Shown here: one piece after another, positions 28,116 through 40,269 of the stretch
How the letters are laid out: each line of letters begins with the position of its first letter
How positions within the stretch are numbered: position 1 is the first letter of the stretch
From: a virus
Taxonomy: Duplodnaviria; Caudoviricetes
Virus record (IMG/VR): IMGVR_UViG_3300047551_001006
Location: 1 to 57,889 of that record
Direction: 5' to 3' (one strand)
DNA: 57,889 nucleotides
Notes under the pieces: generated by a model
What the model was told of the DNA's origin: nothing
What the model saw: the letters and a program-made list of their open reading frames with translations, nothing else
Databases searched by the model: none
Position numbers and translations under genes: made by a program

Positions 28116-29282
28116 ATGGCAATATTAAGTGATGAACCAATAGTTTATGATGGTGACCCAGAAAACCCATACGGATTGACTCCATTTGGATTATTTGATG
28201 ATGATGCAATATTTCAGTCGGATGCTCCGAAAGTAGCTGATTATGTAGCTAATAGATTAGGATATCCTGTATTGGATGTTGAATTAGTAGATAAAATGAT
28301 TTATACTTGCTTTGAAGAAGCGGTAATGACGTATGGTTCACAAGTAAATCAGTTTCAAGCTCGTGAACATATGCTCACTCTTCAGGGATTAACAACAGGT
28401 AGTACATTAACTCAAAAAAATATAATTGGAACACCATTACAACAATTAGTACGTATCGCGTCTGATTATGGTACAGAAGCACAATCTGGTGGTGATGTAC
28501 AAGTTAAGCAGGGATACATTTCCGCATCAGCATACACCCAATCATATGATTTAAAAAGATTGTGGTCGGATGTACACGAAAGTGGAAAAGCAATTGAAAT
28601 TCGTCGTGTGTATCATTACATGCCACCCGCAGTTGCTCGTTACTACGACCCATTTGCAACCACGGGTCTTGGTTTAACAAACTTGATGAGTGAATTTGGA
28701 TTTGACGGATTTTCACCACCAGTGACATTCGTGATGATGCCTGCATACGAAGATTTACTCCGTATTCAAGCAATTGAAATCAACGATATGATACGTAAGA
28801 GTCAATATTCGTTTGAAATCTCGGATAACGTTATTCGTTTTTCACCAATCTTTAAGAAAGAAGCAACCGTATGGTTCGATTATATGGTGGTGGATGATAA
28901 GAGTGGTGCAAACAAAACATTTAATACAGGAAGTAATATCATAGCAGATTATTCAAATATACCGTATAGTCATATTCCTTATTATACAATCAATTCTATA
29001 GGTAAAAACTGGATTTTTAGATACACATTAGCATTAGCAAAAGATACACTAGGTAATGTCCGTGGTAAATACGATAATGTACCTATCCCAGATCAAATAA
29101 TTAAATTAGATGGTGATATTCTTCGTCGTGAAGGTAAAGAAGAAAAAGATTTACTCATCAAAGAAATTCGTGATACATTAGAACAAACTGGCTTACAAGC
29201 ACAAATGAAAAAGCAAGCAGAAAATGCAAAGATGATGCAAGAAATGTTTGCAAAAGTTCCCACATTAATTTATATCGGATAA
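28116..29282 (+). CDS. Neck/head-completion protein (T4 gp13-like)
   Basis: RLGYPVLDVEL N-terminal motif and W..RY.LAL.K..LG..RGKY C-terminal motif; position after the capsid gene. Confidence 0.75.
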   Translation: MAILSDEPIVYDGDPENPYGLTPFGLFDDDAIFQSDAPKVADYVANRLGYPVLDVELVDKMIYTCFEEAVMTYGSQVNQFQAREHMLTLQGLTTGSTLTQKNIIGTPLQQLVRIASDYGTEAQSGGDVQVKQGYISASAYTQSYDLKRLWSDVHESGKAIEIRRVYHYMPPAVARYYDPFATTGLGLTNLMSEFGFDGFSPPVTFVMMPAYEDLLRIQAIEINDMIRKSQYSFEISDNVIRFSPIFKKEATVWFDYMVVDDKSGANKTFNTGSNIIADYSNIPYSHIPYYTINSIGKNWIFRYTLALAKDTLGNVRGKYDNVPIPDQIIKLDGDILRREGKEEKDLLIKEIRDTLEQTGLQAQMKKQAENAKMMQEMFAKVPTLIYIG

Positions 29283-29283
29283 T

Positions 29284-29754
29284 ATGCCACGTTTCGTATC
29301 TCAAAAAGATTTTAATTTTTTTCAACACATCAATCGTGAATTATTATTTGATGTGGTGGATGTGGACGTTATTTTATACAAAATTGCTTTAGAAACAACC
29401 GCTATCAATTTGTACGGTGAAGCAACTGAAAAAGCACGCTATACTGGTGTGGAATTAAAAGCACTGGTCAAATATCCAAAAGTACAACCAGAAACAAAAG
29501 ATGGATTTGGTGTTGACGTTACACAAAATGTTGAATTTAGATTTGCTCGTAAAATGTTACAAGAAGTAAACACATATCCAGAACCAGGTGATATTGTAGG
29601 ATATAATGGATTGTTCTATGAAATAGATATGACCCAGGATTCACAACTTGTGGCAGGACAACCAGAGTATTCTACTTCATTATTATGTATCGCACATCTA
29701 ACTCGTCGTAGTGGTATTCAAATTGAGGAGGCTGGAATGTATGGCGGAATATAG
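29284..29754 (+). CDS. Head closure/neck protein (T4 gp14-like)
   Basis: NLYGE..K and P.PGD.V..N...YEI motifs; synteny. Confidence 0.65.
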   Translation: MPRFVSQKDFNFFQHINRELLFDVVDVDVILYKIALETTAINLYGEATEKARYTGVELKALVKYPKVQPETKDGFGVDVTQNVEFRFARKMLQEVNTYPEPGDIVGYNGLFYEIDMTQDSQLVAGQPEYSTSLLCIAHLTRRSGIQIEEAGMYGGI

Positions 29755-30547
29755 TAATAGAAAAGCAACAGACCATATCAGAAAAGCTACAGATTTACAA
29801 GTTCCAACCGAACGTGAAAATCGTGGGAATGATACAAAAAGTGATAAAGAAAGTACACCGATAACTGTTACTTTATTAACCATAGATGAAACACTAATAA
29901 AGTATTTATCTGAGAAAATAGAACCAATTGTAACACAAGACGGTAAATCGGTCAAGGTACCTATTATTTACGGTAATCCCGAACGATGGAAGAGTGTTCA
30001 AAAAGACGGTGTTTTACGCGACAAGTTTAACAAAATACAACTACCAATTATTATGTTGCGTAGAACCAGTATGAAAAAGAGTAAGCAAAACTCACCAGTA
30101 AACAAGTATCTCGGATATGAATTTGAAACTGGGTGGAACAAATACAATCCATACGATAGATTCGCAGCCGTAAACGGTATAAAACCAGTAAAGAAGTATG
30201 TAACGACATTCAAACCAGATTATTTTGATTTAACATACGAATGTATGATTTGGACAGAATATATGGAACAAATGAATAGACTTGTAGAACAAGTTTCATT
30301 TGAAGATGATGAATATTGGGGTAATAGAGCACAGTATAAATTCTTGACCAGTATAAATGAATATAAGACCGATACTGTACTTCCAAATATTCAAGATAGA
30401 CTAGTTAGAACGTCATTTAATTTGAATGTATCGGCATACCTACTTCCAGAGAAAATGGTAGGTAAAACTGGTCAAACTATACAAACATCACAAGAACGAT
30501 ATTCGGTCAAAAAAATTGTTACTTTTAGTGAAATAGAAGAGGGTTAA
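29741..30547 (+). CDS. Tail terminator/sheath stabiliser (T4 gp15-like)
   Basis: KVPIIYG.PERW, LP.I.L.R, YFDLTYE..IWT..MEQMN.LVEQ; start moved to ATG 29741 after GAGGAGG. Confidence 0.7.
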   Translation: MAEYSNRKATDHIRKATDLQVPTERENRGNDTKSDKESTPITVTLLTIDETLIKYLSEKIEPIVTQDGKSVKVPIIYGNPERWKSVQKDGVLRDKFNKIQLPIIMLRRTSMKKSKQNSPVNKYLGYEFETGWNKYNPYDRFAAVNGIKPVKKYVTTFKPDYFDLTYECMIWTEYMEQMNRLVEQVSFEDDEYWGNRAQYKFLTSINEYKTDTVLPNIQDRLVRTSFNLNVSAYLLPEKMVGKTGQTIQTSQERYSVKKIVTFSEIEEG

Positions 30548-30612
30548 AAGTAATCTTTGACGAAAATAATCTATATTTATAATACGAGTACAAATATATT
30601 AAAGGAGGTTAT

Positions 30613-30888
30613 ATGAGTGAAGTACAAAAGTTAACAGATGAAGAATTATCATCTGTTAAAAGTTTGCGTGAAGAAATTATCGGTGCAATTTCCACAGTCG
30701 GTCAGTTAAAATTAACACATGATTTGATGGAAGAAGATTTGGCATCTGTAAAATCAAAACTTACTGAGCATGTTGTAAAATACAAAGAATTGCTCACTAA
30801 GGAAAAGGAATTAATCGACGTATTTATGAAAAAATATGGAATAGGTTCTTTAGATATCGAAACTGGTGTATTTACCCCTGAGCAATAA
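30613..30888 (+). CDS. Small coiled-coil protein
   Basis: 91 aa; SD AAGGAGG; KYG.GSLDIETG.F C-terminus. Confidence 0.65.
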   Translation: MSEVQKLTDEELSSVKSLREEIIGAISTVGQLKLTHDLMEEDLASVKSKLTEHVVKYKELLTKEKELIDVFMKKYGIGSLDIETGVFTPEQ

Positions 30889-30907
30889 GTAATATTGGAG
30901 ATTCCGT

Positions 30908-33265
30908 ATGGCAGAACGCATTGTTAGTCCTGGCGTTTTCACACAAGAACGTGACCTTAGTTTCCTAGAACAAGGGGTCGGTGAAATTGCTGGTGCATTT
31001 ATTGGTCCAACACCAAAAGGACCAGCATTTATTCCAACTGTTGTCACAAGTCAACAAGACTTTGAAAACAAGTTTGGTACACCTGATGGAAAGTCATTCC
31101 TCGGTAATACAGTAAAAAATTATCTCCGTGAATCAGGACGAGCAACAGTTGTTCGTATTCTTGGTTTGGACGGATATAGTAACACCGACCACACACCAGC
31201 ATTATTATTTGCAACTGGTTCAAGTGGTTCGTTTTTATACGCCGTACTTCATCCAACTGTTTCTGGTAGTAAGATTGAAGCAGTTAGTGCAAGTGGAGCA
31301 CCAAGTAATTTTGCATTAACTATATCATCTTCGGTAATAACTGATATAGTAGAATCTGGATTATCAACAACAACCGCTGCGGGTGGTTTTATTGGAAATG
31401 CTCTTTCCTTCGGACCAACAGGAACAAAGAACGGATATGTATACAACATCTTCCCAGAAGCAGTAACATTAGCAGGTGCAGCAGTAACAATGTCAGCTGT
31501 AACAAGTTCTGATGCACTGATGTTAACTGGTAGTATATACGGTATATATAAATTTGCATCTACTCCTTGGGTGCAATCACAAACAATTGGTGCTGGAAAA
31601 TTGAATCTTTTCAAGGTACATACGTTAACCGATGGTAACGCAGCAAATAAGGCTGTCAAAATTTCTATCGTAGGACCAAAGAAAGGAACAATTACTGGTG
31701 ACTATGGTACTTTTACTCTTCAAGTTCGTGATTTTAATGATACAGATGCACAACCAACTGTATTAGAACAATGGGACAATTTAACTCTTGATACAACCGA
31801 TTCAAATTTTATAGCTCGTCGTATCGGAAATAGTGAACCAGTAACAGATGCAAATACTGGTGAAAGATATTTTCAAGGTGATTATATAAATAATTCTGCA
31901 TATATTCGTGTTGAAATGGCACCTGGTATTGATGACATCTCAACAGATGCATTACCATTCGGATTTGATAAATTACAAACACCAGTAGGAACCTCAATCA
32001 GTAATGTTGTAATTCCATCATATGTTTCATCTTCTTGGAAAACAACAAGTGGTATTAGAGGATATAGTACAACATCTTCATATTCAACATCCGATTATTA
32101 CGGATACGCATATTCATCAACACCAAATACCAACATATCATATTTGGCACCAATTCCAAGTGGTGCAGCACAAGTTGGTGCAGCATTTAATATCGAAAAT
32201 CTTGGAAATTCTGAAATCCAAGATTCATCAGGAAACTTCATTTTAGCAACTGATTTCTTAACAAATACAGATGCTACTGCAAAATTAAAGTTTACAGTAC
32301 CATTCCAAGGTGGGTTCGATGGTTCTAATCCAGCTCGTGAAATTAAAATGTATGATACAATCACATCCGCAAATACACAAGGATTTGATTTAACAAATGC
32401 AACAAGTGCTGGTTCACGTGCATATAAGAAAGCACTGGATGCAATCAGTAATCCAGACTCATTTGACATTAATTTGTTAGTATTACCTGGTGTTGTTTAT
32501 GAACTTCATTCATATGTTGCAAACTACGCATTAACTGTTTGTGAAACACGTGGTGATTGTTTCTATATTATGGATTTAACACAAGCAAGTTCAACAGTAT
32601 CAACCGCAGTAAATCAAGCAGCGTTAATTGACAGTAATTACGCAGCAGCATATTATCCTTGGGTACGAATTCTAGACACAGATACAAACAAGTTTGCATT
32701 TGTTCCACCATCAGCAGTGCTTCCAGAAGTATACGCTTATAGTGATAACACTTCAGCAGAATGGTTTGCACCAGCAGGTTTAAATCGCGGTGGAATTCCA
32801 GGAGCATCTGGTGTTAAGGTTCGTTTGGCACAAGCACAACGTGACCAATTATACGAAGGTAAGGTTAATCCAATCGCACAATTCCCAGGACAAGGTATCT
32901 GTGTATGGGGGCAAAAGACATTACAACGTAGATCATCAGCACTTGACCGTGTAAATGTTCGTCGTTTACTAATTACCGTCAAGAAGTTTATCGCAAGTTC
33001 AGCACGATTCCTCGTATTCGAACAAAATGTTGAAGCAACCCGTCGTCGCTTCCTCAACATCGTAAATCCATTCTTGGCAAATGTACAAGAACGTTCAGGT
33101 CTTTACGCATTCCGTGTTATTATGGACGAAACAAATAACACACCAGACGTAATTGACCGTAATATCTTGGTTGGTCAATTGTATCTCCAACCAACAAAGA
33201 CTGCTGAATTCATTAAGTTAGAATTCAACATTCTCCCAACTGGTGCAACATTCCCAGGGGCATAA
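30908..33265 (+). CDS. Tail sheath protein (T4 gp18-like)
   Basis: SPGVFTQERD, GPAF.PT, WFAPAGLNRG, WGQKTL, LDRVNVRRL, PTKTAEFI. Confidence 0.95.
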   Translation: MAERIVSPGVFTQERDLSFLEQGVGEIAGAFIGPTPKGPAFIPTVVTSQQDFENKFGTPDGKSFLGNTVKNYLRESGRATVVRILGLDGYSNTDHTPALLFATGSSGSFLYAVLHPTVSGSKIEAVSASGAPSNFALTISSSVITDIVESGLSTTTAAGGFIGNALSFGPTGTKNGYVYNIFPEAVTLAGAAVTMSAVTSSDALMLTGSIYGIYKFASTPWVQSQTIGAGKLNLFKVHTLTDGNAANKAVKISIVGPKKGTITGDYGTFTLQVRDFNDTDAQPTVLEQWDNLTLDTTDSNFIARRIGNSEPVTDANTGERYFQGDYINNSAYIRVEMAPGIDDISTDALPFGFDKLQTPVGTSISNVVIPSYVSSSWKTTSGIRGYSTTSSYSTSDYYGYAYSSTPNTNISYLAPIPSGAAQVGAAFNIENLGNSEIQDSSGNFILATDFLTNTDATAKLKFTVPFQGGFDGSNPAREIKMYDTITSANTQGFDLTNATSAGSRAYKKALDAISNPDSFDINLLVLPGVVYELHSYVANYALTVCETRGDCFYIMDLTQASSTVSTAVNQAALIDSNYAAAYYPWVRILDTDTNKFAFVPPSAVLPEVYAYSDNTSAEWFAPAGLNRGGIPGASGVKVRLAQAQRDQLYEGKVNPIAQFPGQGICVWGQKTLQRRSSALDRVNVRRLLITVKKFIASSARFLVFEQNVEATRRRFLNIVNPFLANVQERSGLYAFRVIMDETNNTPDVIDRNILVGQLYLQPTKTAEFIKLEFNILPTGATFPGA

Positions 33266-33321
33266 TCGGTTATATTTTTGGATTATAGACTATTTATTTA
33301 AGAATCTGTTAGGAGATACAA

Positions 33322-33816
33322 ATGGCAAATAATATCGTAGCCGAAAATGAAATTTTCTTTACGGCGTTCGAACCAAAGGTCAAAAATCGTTTTCTAATGT
33401 TAATTGAAGGTGTTCCAGCCTACATCGTTAGAAAGGTGAGTCGCCCTGAAATTCGTCAAGACACAATCAAGGTTCCACACATCAACACAGTCCGTTTCAT
33501 TAAGGGTGTGTCTGTATGGCAACCAATCACCATGACTTTGTACGATCCTGTAGTACCATCTGGTGCACAAGCAGTAATGGAATGGGTTCGTTTACATCAC
33601 GAATCAGTCACAGGTCGTGATGGATACGCAGAATTCTACAAGAAGGATTTAACCCTTCAAGTTCTCGGTCCAGTAGGTGATAAGGTTGAAGAATGGATTA
33701 TCAAGGGTGCACAAATCACACGTGCAACATTTGGTGATTTGGAATGGTCAGATACAAGTGATAACGTAGCAATTGAATTAGAAATCCAACCAGATTACTG
33801 CGTATTGAACTACTAA
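33322..33816 (+). CDS. Tail tube protein (T4 gp19-like)
   Basis: 164 aa after the sheath; EPK.KNRF, W.PITMTLYD, YKKD.TL..LGP.GD.VEEW. Confidence 0.88.
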   Translation: MANNIVAENEIFFTAFEPKVKNRFLMLIEGVPAYIVRKVSRPEIRQDTIKVPHINTVRFIKGVSVWQPITMTLYDPVVPSGAQAVMEWVRLHHESVTGRDGYAEFYKKDLTLQVLGPVGDKVEEWIIKGAQITRATFGDLEWSDTSDNVAIELEIQPDYCVLNY

Positions 33817-33839
33817 TAATTGATAAAAACAGAAGGTGT

Positions 33840-33889
33840 GTCCCACTGCTTGATACTTATATAGAGTATAATTGGGCAGTGGGACTTTT
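33840..33889 (+). terminator. Long hairpin plus T-tract after the tail tube gene, enclosing a TACTTATA late-promoter-like motif
   Basis: gtcccactgc (33840-33849) / gcagtgggac (33876-33885) perfect 10-bp inverted repeat, then tttt. Confidence 0.65.
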
Positions 33890-33903
33890 ATTAGAGCTAT
33901 GAT

Positions 33904-34251
33904 ATGGCAATGCTTACTGAACTAAATGTTGGTCAAGGTGAAACATTTAGAATACTGGTAACGGTATCGGATTCTGGTACCGACACTCCATTAAATTTAG
34001 AAAACTATAACATAACTGGTCAGGTTAGAGAAAATTACACTACCGATGAAATTGCAGCGACATTTTCAACAATAAAAATGTCTCCTAATTCATCGGGAAG
34101 TTTTATACTTGCCCTAACACAAGATCAAACTATACAATTAAATCAGCGTAAATATGTTTACGATGTATTATTATCAAGTGGTTCCGTCACGCCAACCACA
34201 CGTAGAATTTTAGAAGGACCATTTACAGTTCGACCAGCTGTTACGAGATAA
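33904..34251 (+). CDS. Small Ig-like baseplate/fibre adaptor protein
   Basis: 115 aa; QGETF..., YVYDV, R.LEG.F.V.P.VT pattern of phage fibre-attachment domains. Confidence 0.55.
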   Translation: MAMLTELNVGQGETFRILVTVSDSGTDTPLNLENYNITGQVRENYTTDEIAATFSTIKMSPNSSGSFILALTQDQTIQLNQRKYVYDVLLSSGSVTPTTRRILEGPFTVRPAVTR

Positions 34252-34254
34252 TAA

Positions 34255-37200
34255 ATGACAGATATTAAACTTGATATACCGGATATTACAGTTTTAGTAA
34301 ATAAACCAGACGTAGTAGTTCGTAGTCGTTTGAATGGAACTGGGTCATATATTAATGTTGCCGATTCTGCCATATCTTCATCATATGCATTAACTGCGAG
34401 TTATGCATTAAATGCAAGTAGTGGTAGTGGTGGTGGTGCAACTGGTGCAACTGGCCCAGTAGGTGCGACTGGTCCACGTGGTGCAACGGGTGTTCAAGGT
34501 ATTCCAGGTACACCAGGTGGTGCAACAGGACCAACAGGACCAACAGGTAGTGCAGGTGCAACGGGTGTACAAGGTGCAACAGGTATACAAGGATCAACAG
34601 GACCAACCGGTGTTGTAGGACCAACAGGTGCAACGGGTGTTACTGGTAATCAGGGTCCACAAGGCCCACAAGGTCCAATAGGTGCTACGGGTCCAGTAGG
34701 TAGTACTGGACCACAAGGTGAAATAGGTATTACAGGTCCAACAGGTGCAACAGGTATTCAAGGGCCAACCGGTAGTACAGGTCCTATAGGTCCACAAGGT
34801 GTAACTGGATCAACGGGTCCAACTGGTATCCAAGGACCAACAGGTAGTACTGGTCCACAAGGTGAAATTGGCATCACAGGCCCAACAGGTGCAACGGGTA
34901 TTCAAGGACCAACAGGTAGTACAGGACCAATAGGTTTACAAGGTGTAACTGGTTCTACAGGTCCAACTGGTATCCAAGGACCAACAGGTAGTACCGGTCC
35001 ACAAGGTGCAACAGGTATTATTGGTATTACAGGTCCAACAGGTGCAACTGGTATTCAAGGTCCAACGGGTGCAACTGGTGTTGCTGGTGCAGATGGTGAT
35101 AGATACCACACTACTTCGACTAGTTCATTCGCAATATCTAGTAGTGGTCAAGTCACTGTATTCACAACAGACTTAAATCTTGATTACAGTATTGCTCAAA
35201 CCATCATTTTAGCATACGATTTAAATAATCACCAACACGGTGAAGTAGTAAGTTACAATCCATCTACTGGTGAATTAATATTTAATAGAACCACATCCGA
35301 AGGTTCAGGGACATATAGTAGTTGGTCAATCAATTTGGACGGTGCGGTTGGTATTCAAGGTGCAACAGGTCCAACTGGTATCCAAGGACCAACAGGTGCA
35401 GTGGGACCAACAGGTAGTACAGGTCCAACAGGTCCAATCGGCATTACAGGACCAACTGGCATCCAAGGGCCAACGGGTGTACAAGGTGTAACAGGCAGTA
35501 CAGGTCCAACTGGTATACAAGGACCAACAGGTAGCACAGGTCCAATAGGACCACAGGGTGTTACTGGTAGTACAGGTCCAACAGGTCCACAAGGTGTTAC
35601 TGGTAGTACTGGTCCGCAAGGTTTAACAGGACCAACAGGACCAACAGGACCAACAGGTCCACAAGGTGTAACAGGTTCAACAGGACCAATAGGATTACAA
35701 GGTGTCACGGGTTCTACAGGTCCAACTGGTGCAGAGGGTCCAACTGGTGTACAAGGCGTTACAGGCAGTACAGGTCCACAAGGTCCATTAGGCCCAATAG
35801 GGCCAACAGGTCCAACAGGTTCTACTGGACCGATTGGTACCACCGGTCCAACAGGCGTTACAGGTCCAACCGGTATTCAGGGTCCAACAGGACCAACCGG
35901 TAGTACAGGTCCAACAGGCCCACAAGGTACTACAGGACCAACTGGTGCATCGGGTGATAGATACAGTACTACAAGTAGTACATCACTCACTATAGGAACT
36001 GGTACACAAACACTTACCGTTGGTACAGGACTTTCATACAGTATTGGTCAATCAGTAATTATCGCATTTGATAATAGCAATAAAATGGAAGGTAGTGTTA
36101 CTTCTTACAATAGTGGAACAGGTCAATTAGTTGTCAACGTAACATCAACTACTGGTTCGGGAACACAAGCATCATGGCAAGTTAGTTTGGCGGGTGCACC
36201 AGGACCAGCAGGTGCAACCGGTCCAACAGGTCCTGCAGGTCCAAATATTCCTGGATTACTAAGTAGTTCTGCACAAATTAATGCTCTAACTGGTGTTACG
36301 GCATCATACGCAAGTGCAGTAAGTGGTGGAACTGCAGATTATCTTCCATTATGGACTACAGAAGATACATTAGGTAAAAGTATATTGTATCAAACTGGTT
36401 CAAGTATCATCTTCAACGGAACAACATTCTTTGATGAAACCGCACCAGATATTTTTGGATTATATGGTGGTATAACAGATTCATTTAATTTAATTACCGC
36501 ACACGCAACAATTGACAATTACCTACAAATTAATGTTCGTAATTTAAGTACAGGTTCACAAGCGTCATCTGATATAGTAGCAGTCAAAGCATTAGGTACT
36601 GAAGATGTTGGATATATCAATATGGGTATCAACAACGACACGTATGTTGGTAGTCGTATATTTGATACTGCTGGTGATGGATATCTTTATACCACAGGTA
36701 GTAATTTAATTATCGGTACAGCAACATCTGGTAGTACACTTACACTATTCGCTGGTGGAGAAACCTACGGTGATGGTAAATTACGATTACGAGCAAATAA
36801 TCAACACGAATTAACAGGTAGTATAACAGCATCACAAGGATTTGTTGGTTCATTAACAGGAACCGCATCAGTTGCAACAGCAGTTAGTGGCGGAACAGCA
36901 AATTATATTCCATTTTTCAATACAGCAAATACATTATCTAGAAGTAGATTATATCAAACTGGTTCAAGTATCATATTTGGTAGTACAACCTTTTTTGATA
37001 CCAGTGCACCTGATGTACTTGGTATTTATGCGGGTGTTGTCAATTCATTTAATTTAATATCTGCACACGCAACCGTAGATAATTATTTACAAATTAATGT
37101 ACGTAATTTCAGTACAGGTTCAAACGCATCATCCGACATCGTAGCTACATCCGATACTGGTACTGAAGAAACTGGTTACATTAATATGGGTATCAACGGA

Positions 37201-40200
37201 ACCAGTTTTGTAGGTGATGCAATACATGACTTACCTGGTGATGGATACATCTTCACTACAGGAAGTAATTTAGTAATTGGTACAGCGACAGCAAATAGTA
37301 CACTTACATTATTCGCTGGTGGTGAAAACTATAGTAATGGTAAGTTAAGATTACGAGCAAATAATCAGCACGAACTTACTGGTTCATTAACCATTTCAGG
37401 ATCAAATACGCTAACCAATATTGGTGCAGCTGTATTTAGTGGTTCATTAAATGTAACACAAGGAGTTACAGGTTCGTTATTTGGAACCGCAAGTGTGGCA
37501 CAAAGTGCACTAACCGCATCATATGCAGCAAATGTTCCAGCAACGGCATCATTTGCAACATCCGCATCATTTGCATTAACCGCAAGTTATGTACCTGGTG
37601 CAGCAAGTGATTGGGATTCTGTAGCAAATAAACCAGCAAATATTGTTTCATCATCTACACAAGTCAAAGCATTCCTACCAGATGGTACGGTAAGTGCGTC
37701 AGCACAAGTTGATATCACAGCAACTACAGGTTATAGTACCTTTAGCTCGTCACTATCAGCGATAGATGCTGCACAAAATGCTCGTATAGATAATTTATCA
37801 AGTGTAACAAGTTCATACGCATTACAATCGCAACTCGCTGGCGTAGCATCAAGTTCAGCACAAGTTAAAACATATTTACCAGATGGTACCGTATCATCTT
37901 CTGGTCAAGTTCAATTGAGTGGTATTACGGGTACAACATTTGCAACAGCAGATTTCACATTCCCACAAAACCTAACTGTTACCGGATTACTTACAGCAAC
38001 ATCACAATCAGTACAATATGTAAGTTCATCACAACTAAATGTATCAACTAATAAAATTATAGTTAACACAGATAGTTCATTACGATTTGGTGGATTGACT
38101 GTTATTGACTCTGGTTCTGTTGGTGCATCAGGTTCATTATTCTGGGATAGTTTAAATGACCGCTGGTTGTACGAAGATGTTGCTGGTGGTGTGTATACTA
38201 GTGCAATATTAATTGCAGGACCAAAAAATACTGGTGCAACTGGTGGTGAACGTGGATTAGTATCGGGTCGTGTTCCTGTAGCAAGTGGTGATGACCACAT
38301 CGATACAGCACCAGAATCAAGTTCTATTCGTGTAGATTTCCCATCACGATTAACACATATTGAAGCAGGACTGTACGTAACAGGACAAGTATTTGCAACA
38401 GGATATACAGGTTCATTACTTGGTACATCAAGTTGGGCAATTAACGCATTAACAGCAAGTTATGTACCTGGTGCAGCAAGTGATTGGGGTACGTTGGCAA
38501 ACAAACCAGCAGATTTGGTCAGTAGTTCTACACAAGTTAAGGCATTCCTACCAGATGGTACAGTATCAAGTTCAGCACAATATCCAGGATGGGTAACTGC
38601 TTCATCACAAATTGACTACAATAACATCCAAAACAAGTTAAGTGGTGTTATTAGTAGTTCAACACAATTTAACGCACTATCTGGTACATCTGCGTCATTT
38701 GCATTAACGGCAAGTTATGTACCAGGAGCAGCAAGTGATTGGGATTCCGTAGCAAACAAACCAGCGGACATCGTTTCAAGTTCTACACAAGTCAAAGCAT
38801 TTTTACCTGGCGGTACATTATCAAGTTCAGCACAATATCCTGGTTGGGTCACCAGTTCAGCACAAATTGTTTGGTCATCGGTAAACTATAATAGTGGTAT
38901 AGTATCGTCATCAGCTCAAGTTAAAACACTATTACCAACAGATACAGTATCTTCATCCGCACAAGTCAAGGCATTCCTCCCAGGTGGTACAGTAAGTGCA
39001 TCGGCACAATATGCAGGATGGGTAACCGCATCTTCACAAATCGTAGTACAAAATACCACAGGTATCGGTGCATTAGCAACAACTGGTTCAAATACATTTA
39101 TTGGTAATCAAGTAATTAGTGGTTCATTAACCACAACCGCAGATACGATGACCTTTAACGGGTCGATGGCAGTATCGGGTACACTTTCCGTAACTGGTAG
39201 TTTAAATACCTTAAATGGTGGTCTTACAGGTTCATTACTTGGAACCAGTAGTTGGGCAAGTAACGCGGTATCTGCTTCACACGCAGTAACCGCTAGCTAC
39301 GCACTTAATGCACAATCTGGTGGAACGGGAGCAGGATTCCCATTCAGTGGTTCTGCAGTAATTACAGGATCGTTGGAAGTAGTCAATACAGGTAGTGTTG
39401 GTGGAATTACTGGTTCATTCAAGGGTGATGGTTCACAACTTACCAACTTACCAGTAGCAACAATTCTCAGTAGTTCCGTTGCAATCGACACATATACATT
39501 CTCTGGTGATGGGTCAGTCAAGAATTATGTATTATCACAGAGTTATGATATTGACTCATTAATGGTGTCGTTGGATGGTTTAACACAAGTAAAAACCACA
39601 GACTATACGTTATCTACTAATACACTAACATTTGTAGACACACCACCGTCAGCATCAAATATTCTCGTTAGAGCATTCTTAAATGTAACCCAAAATATGA
39701 CGGGTTCATTTAGTGGTTCGTTCTTGGGAATTGTATCAACCGCATCATTCGCAAGTGCAATCAATAGACAAATTAGTGGAAATGTAGGAATTACAGGATC
39801 GTTGGATGTTACAGGACCAGTAAGTTTAAGTGGTGATTTGTTTGTCGGTGGATACTTAACAGCAGATAGATTATTGGTATCGTCATCGGTCATCTACGAA
39901 TCTGGTTCTACTAAGTTCGGTGACTCACCAGATGATACACATCAATTTACTGGGTCTGTGTCCTTTACCCAAGTACCAAATATTAGATTACAAGCAGATA
40001 ATCACTTGTTTATAGGTGATGGTACAACAACAATCTATACATTATCATCATCATATGACCCATCAATTCTAACAGTCTCGGTGGATGGTATGTTGAACGC
40101 ATTAACCTCGGATTATTCAGTCTCAACAAACCAATTAACGTTCGTTTCTGCACCACCAAGTGAATCAAACGTCTTTGTCAAGGGACTCAGAATAACATTA

Positions 40201-40206
40201 TCGTAA
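34255..40206 (+). CDS. Giant tail fibre-like protein with collagen-like tracts and internal duplications
   Basis: 1983 aa; two long GPT/GAT/GST tracts; duplicated ~185-aa domain; SSS(A/T)Q repeats; two C-terminal GDG..Y.LS.SYD..L.VS.DG domains. Confidence 0.75.
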   Translation: MTDIKLDIPDITVLVNKPDVVVRSRLNGTGSYINVADSAISSSYALTASYALNASSGSGGGATGATGPVGATGPRGATGVQGIPGTPGGATGPTGPTGSAGATGVQGATGIQGSTGPTGVVGPTGATGVTGNQGPQGPQGPIGATGPVGSTGPQGEIGITGPTGATGIQGPTGSTGPIGPQGVTGSTGPTGIQGPTGSTGPQGEIGITGPTGATGIQGPTGSTGPIGLQGVTGSTGPTGIQGPTGSTGPQGATGIIGITGPTGATGIQGPTGATGVAGADGDRYHTTSTSSFAISSSGQVTVFTTDLNLDYSIAQTIILAYDLNNHQHGEVVSYNPSTGELIFNRTTSEGSGTYSSWSINLDGAVGIQGATGPTGIQGPTGAVGPTGSTGPTGPIGITGPTGIQGPTGVQGVTGSTGPTGIQGPTGSTGPIGPQGVTGSTGPTGPQGVTGSTGPQGLTGPTGPTGPTGPQGVTGSTGPIGLQGVTGSTGPTGAEGPTGVQGVTGSTGPQGPLGPIGPTGPTGSTGPIGTTGPTGVTGPTGIQGPTGPTGSTGPTGPQGTTGPTGASGDRYSTTSSTSLTIGTGTQTLTVGTGLSYSIGQSVIIAFDNSNKMEGSVTSYNSGTGQLVVNVTSTTGSGTQASWQVSLAGAPGPAGATGPTGPAGPNIPGLLSSSAQINALTGVTASYASAVSGGTADYLPLWTTEDTLGKSILYQTGSSIIFNGTTFFDETAPDIFGLYGGITDSFNLITAHATIDNYLQINVRNLSTGSQASSDIVAVKALGTEDVGYINMGINNDTYVGSRIFDTAGDGYLYTTGSNLIIGTATSGSTLTLFAGGETYGDGKLRLRANNQHELTGSITASQGFVGSLTGTASVATAVSGGTANYIPFFNTANTLSRSRLYQTGSSIIFGSTTFFDTSAPDVLGIYAGVVNSFNLISAHATVDNYLQINVRNFSTGSNASSDIVATSDTGTEETGYINMGINGTSFVGDAIHDLPGDGYIFTTGSNLVIGTATANSTLTLFAGGENYSNGKLRLRANNQHELTGSLTISGSNTLTNIGAAVFSGSLNVTQGVTGSLFGTASVAQSALTASYAANVPATASFATSASFALTASYVPGAASDWDSVANKPANIVSSSTQVKAFLPDGTVSASAQVDITATTGYSTFSSSLSAIDAAQNARIDNLSSVTSSYALQSQLAGVASSSAQVKTYLPDGTVSSSGQVQLSGITGTTFATADFTFPQNLTVTGLLTATSQSVQYVSSSQLNVSTNKIIVNTDSSLRFGGLTVIDSGSVGASGSLFWDSLNDRWLYEDVAGGVYTSAILIAGPKNTGATGGERGLVSGRVPVASGDDHIDTAPESSSIRVDFPSRLTHIEAGLYVTGQVFATGYTGSLLGTSSWAINALTASYVPGAASDWGTLANKPADLVSSSTQVKAFLPDGTVSSSAQYPGWVTASSQIDYNNIQNKLSGVISSSTQFNALSGTSASFALTASYVPGAASDWDSVANKPADIVSSSTQVKAFLPGGTLSSSAQYPGWVTSSAQIVWSSVNYNSGIVSSSAQVKTLLPTDTVSSSAQVKAFLPGGTVSASAQYAGWVTASSQIVVQNTTGIGALATTGSNTFIGNQVISGSLTTTADTMTFNGSMAVSGTLSVTGSLNTLNGGLTGSLLGTSSWASNAVSASHAVTASYALNAQSGGTGAGFPFSGSAVITGSLEVVNTGSVGGITGSFKGDGSQLTNLPVATILSSSVAIDTYTFSGDGSVKNYVLSQSYDIDSLMVSLDGLTQVKTTDYTLSTNTLTFVDTPPSASNILVRAFLNVTQNMTGSFSGSFLGIVSTASFASAINRQISGNVGITGSLDVTGPVSLSGDLFVGGYLTADRLLVSSSVIYESGSTKFGDSPDDTHQFTGSVSFTQVPNIRLQADNHLFIGDGTTTIYTLSSSYDPSILTVSVDGMLNALTSDYSVSTNQLTFVSAPPSESNVFVKGLRITLS

Positions 40207-40269
40207 AAGTTATAGGGATGAGAAAATGGTTTATATTTATATTTAACACCTATAGTGTGAGATTTACAG

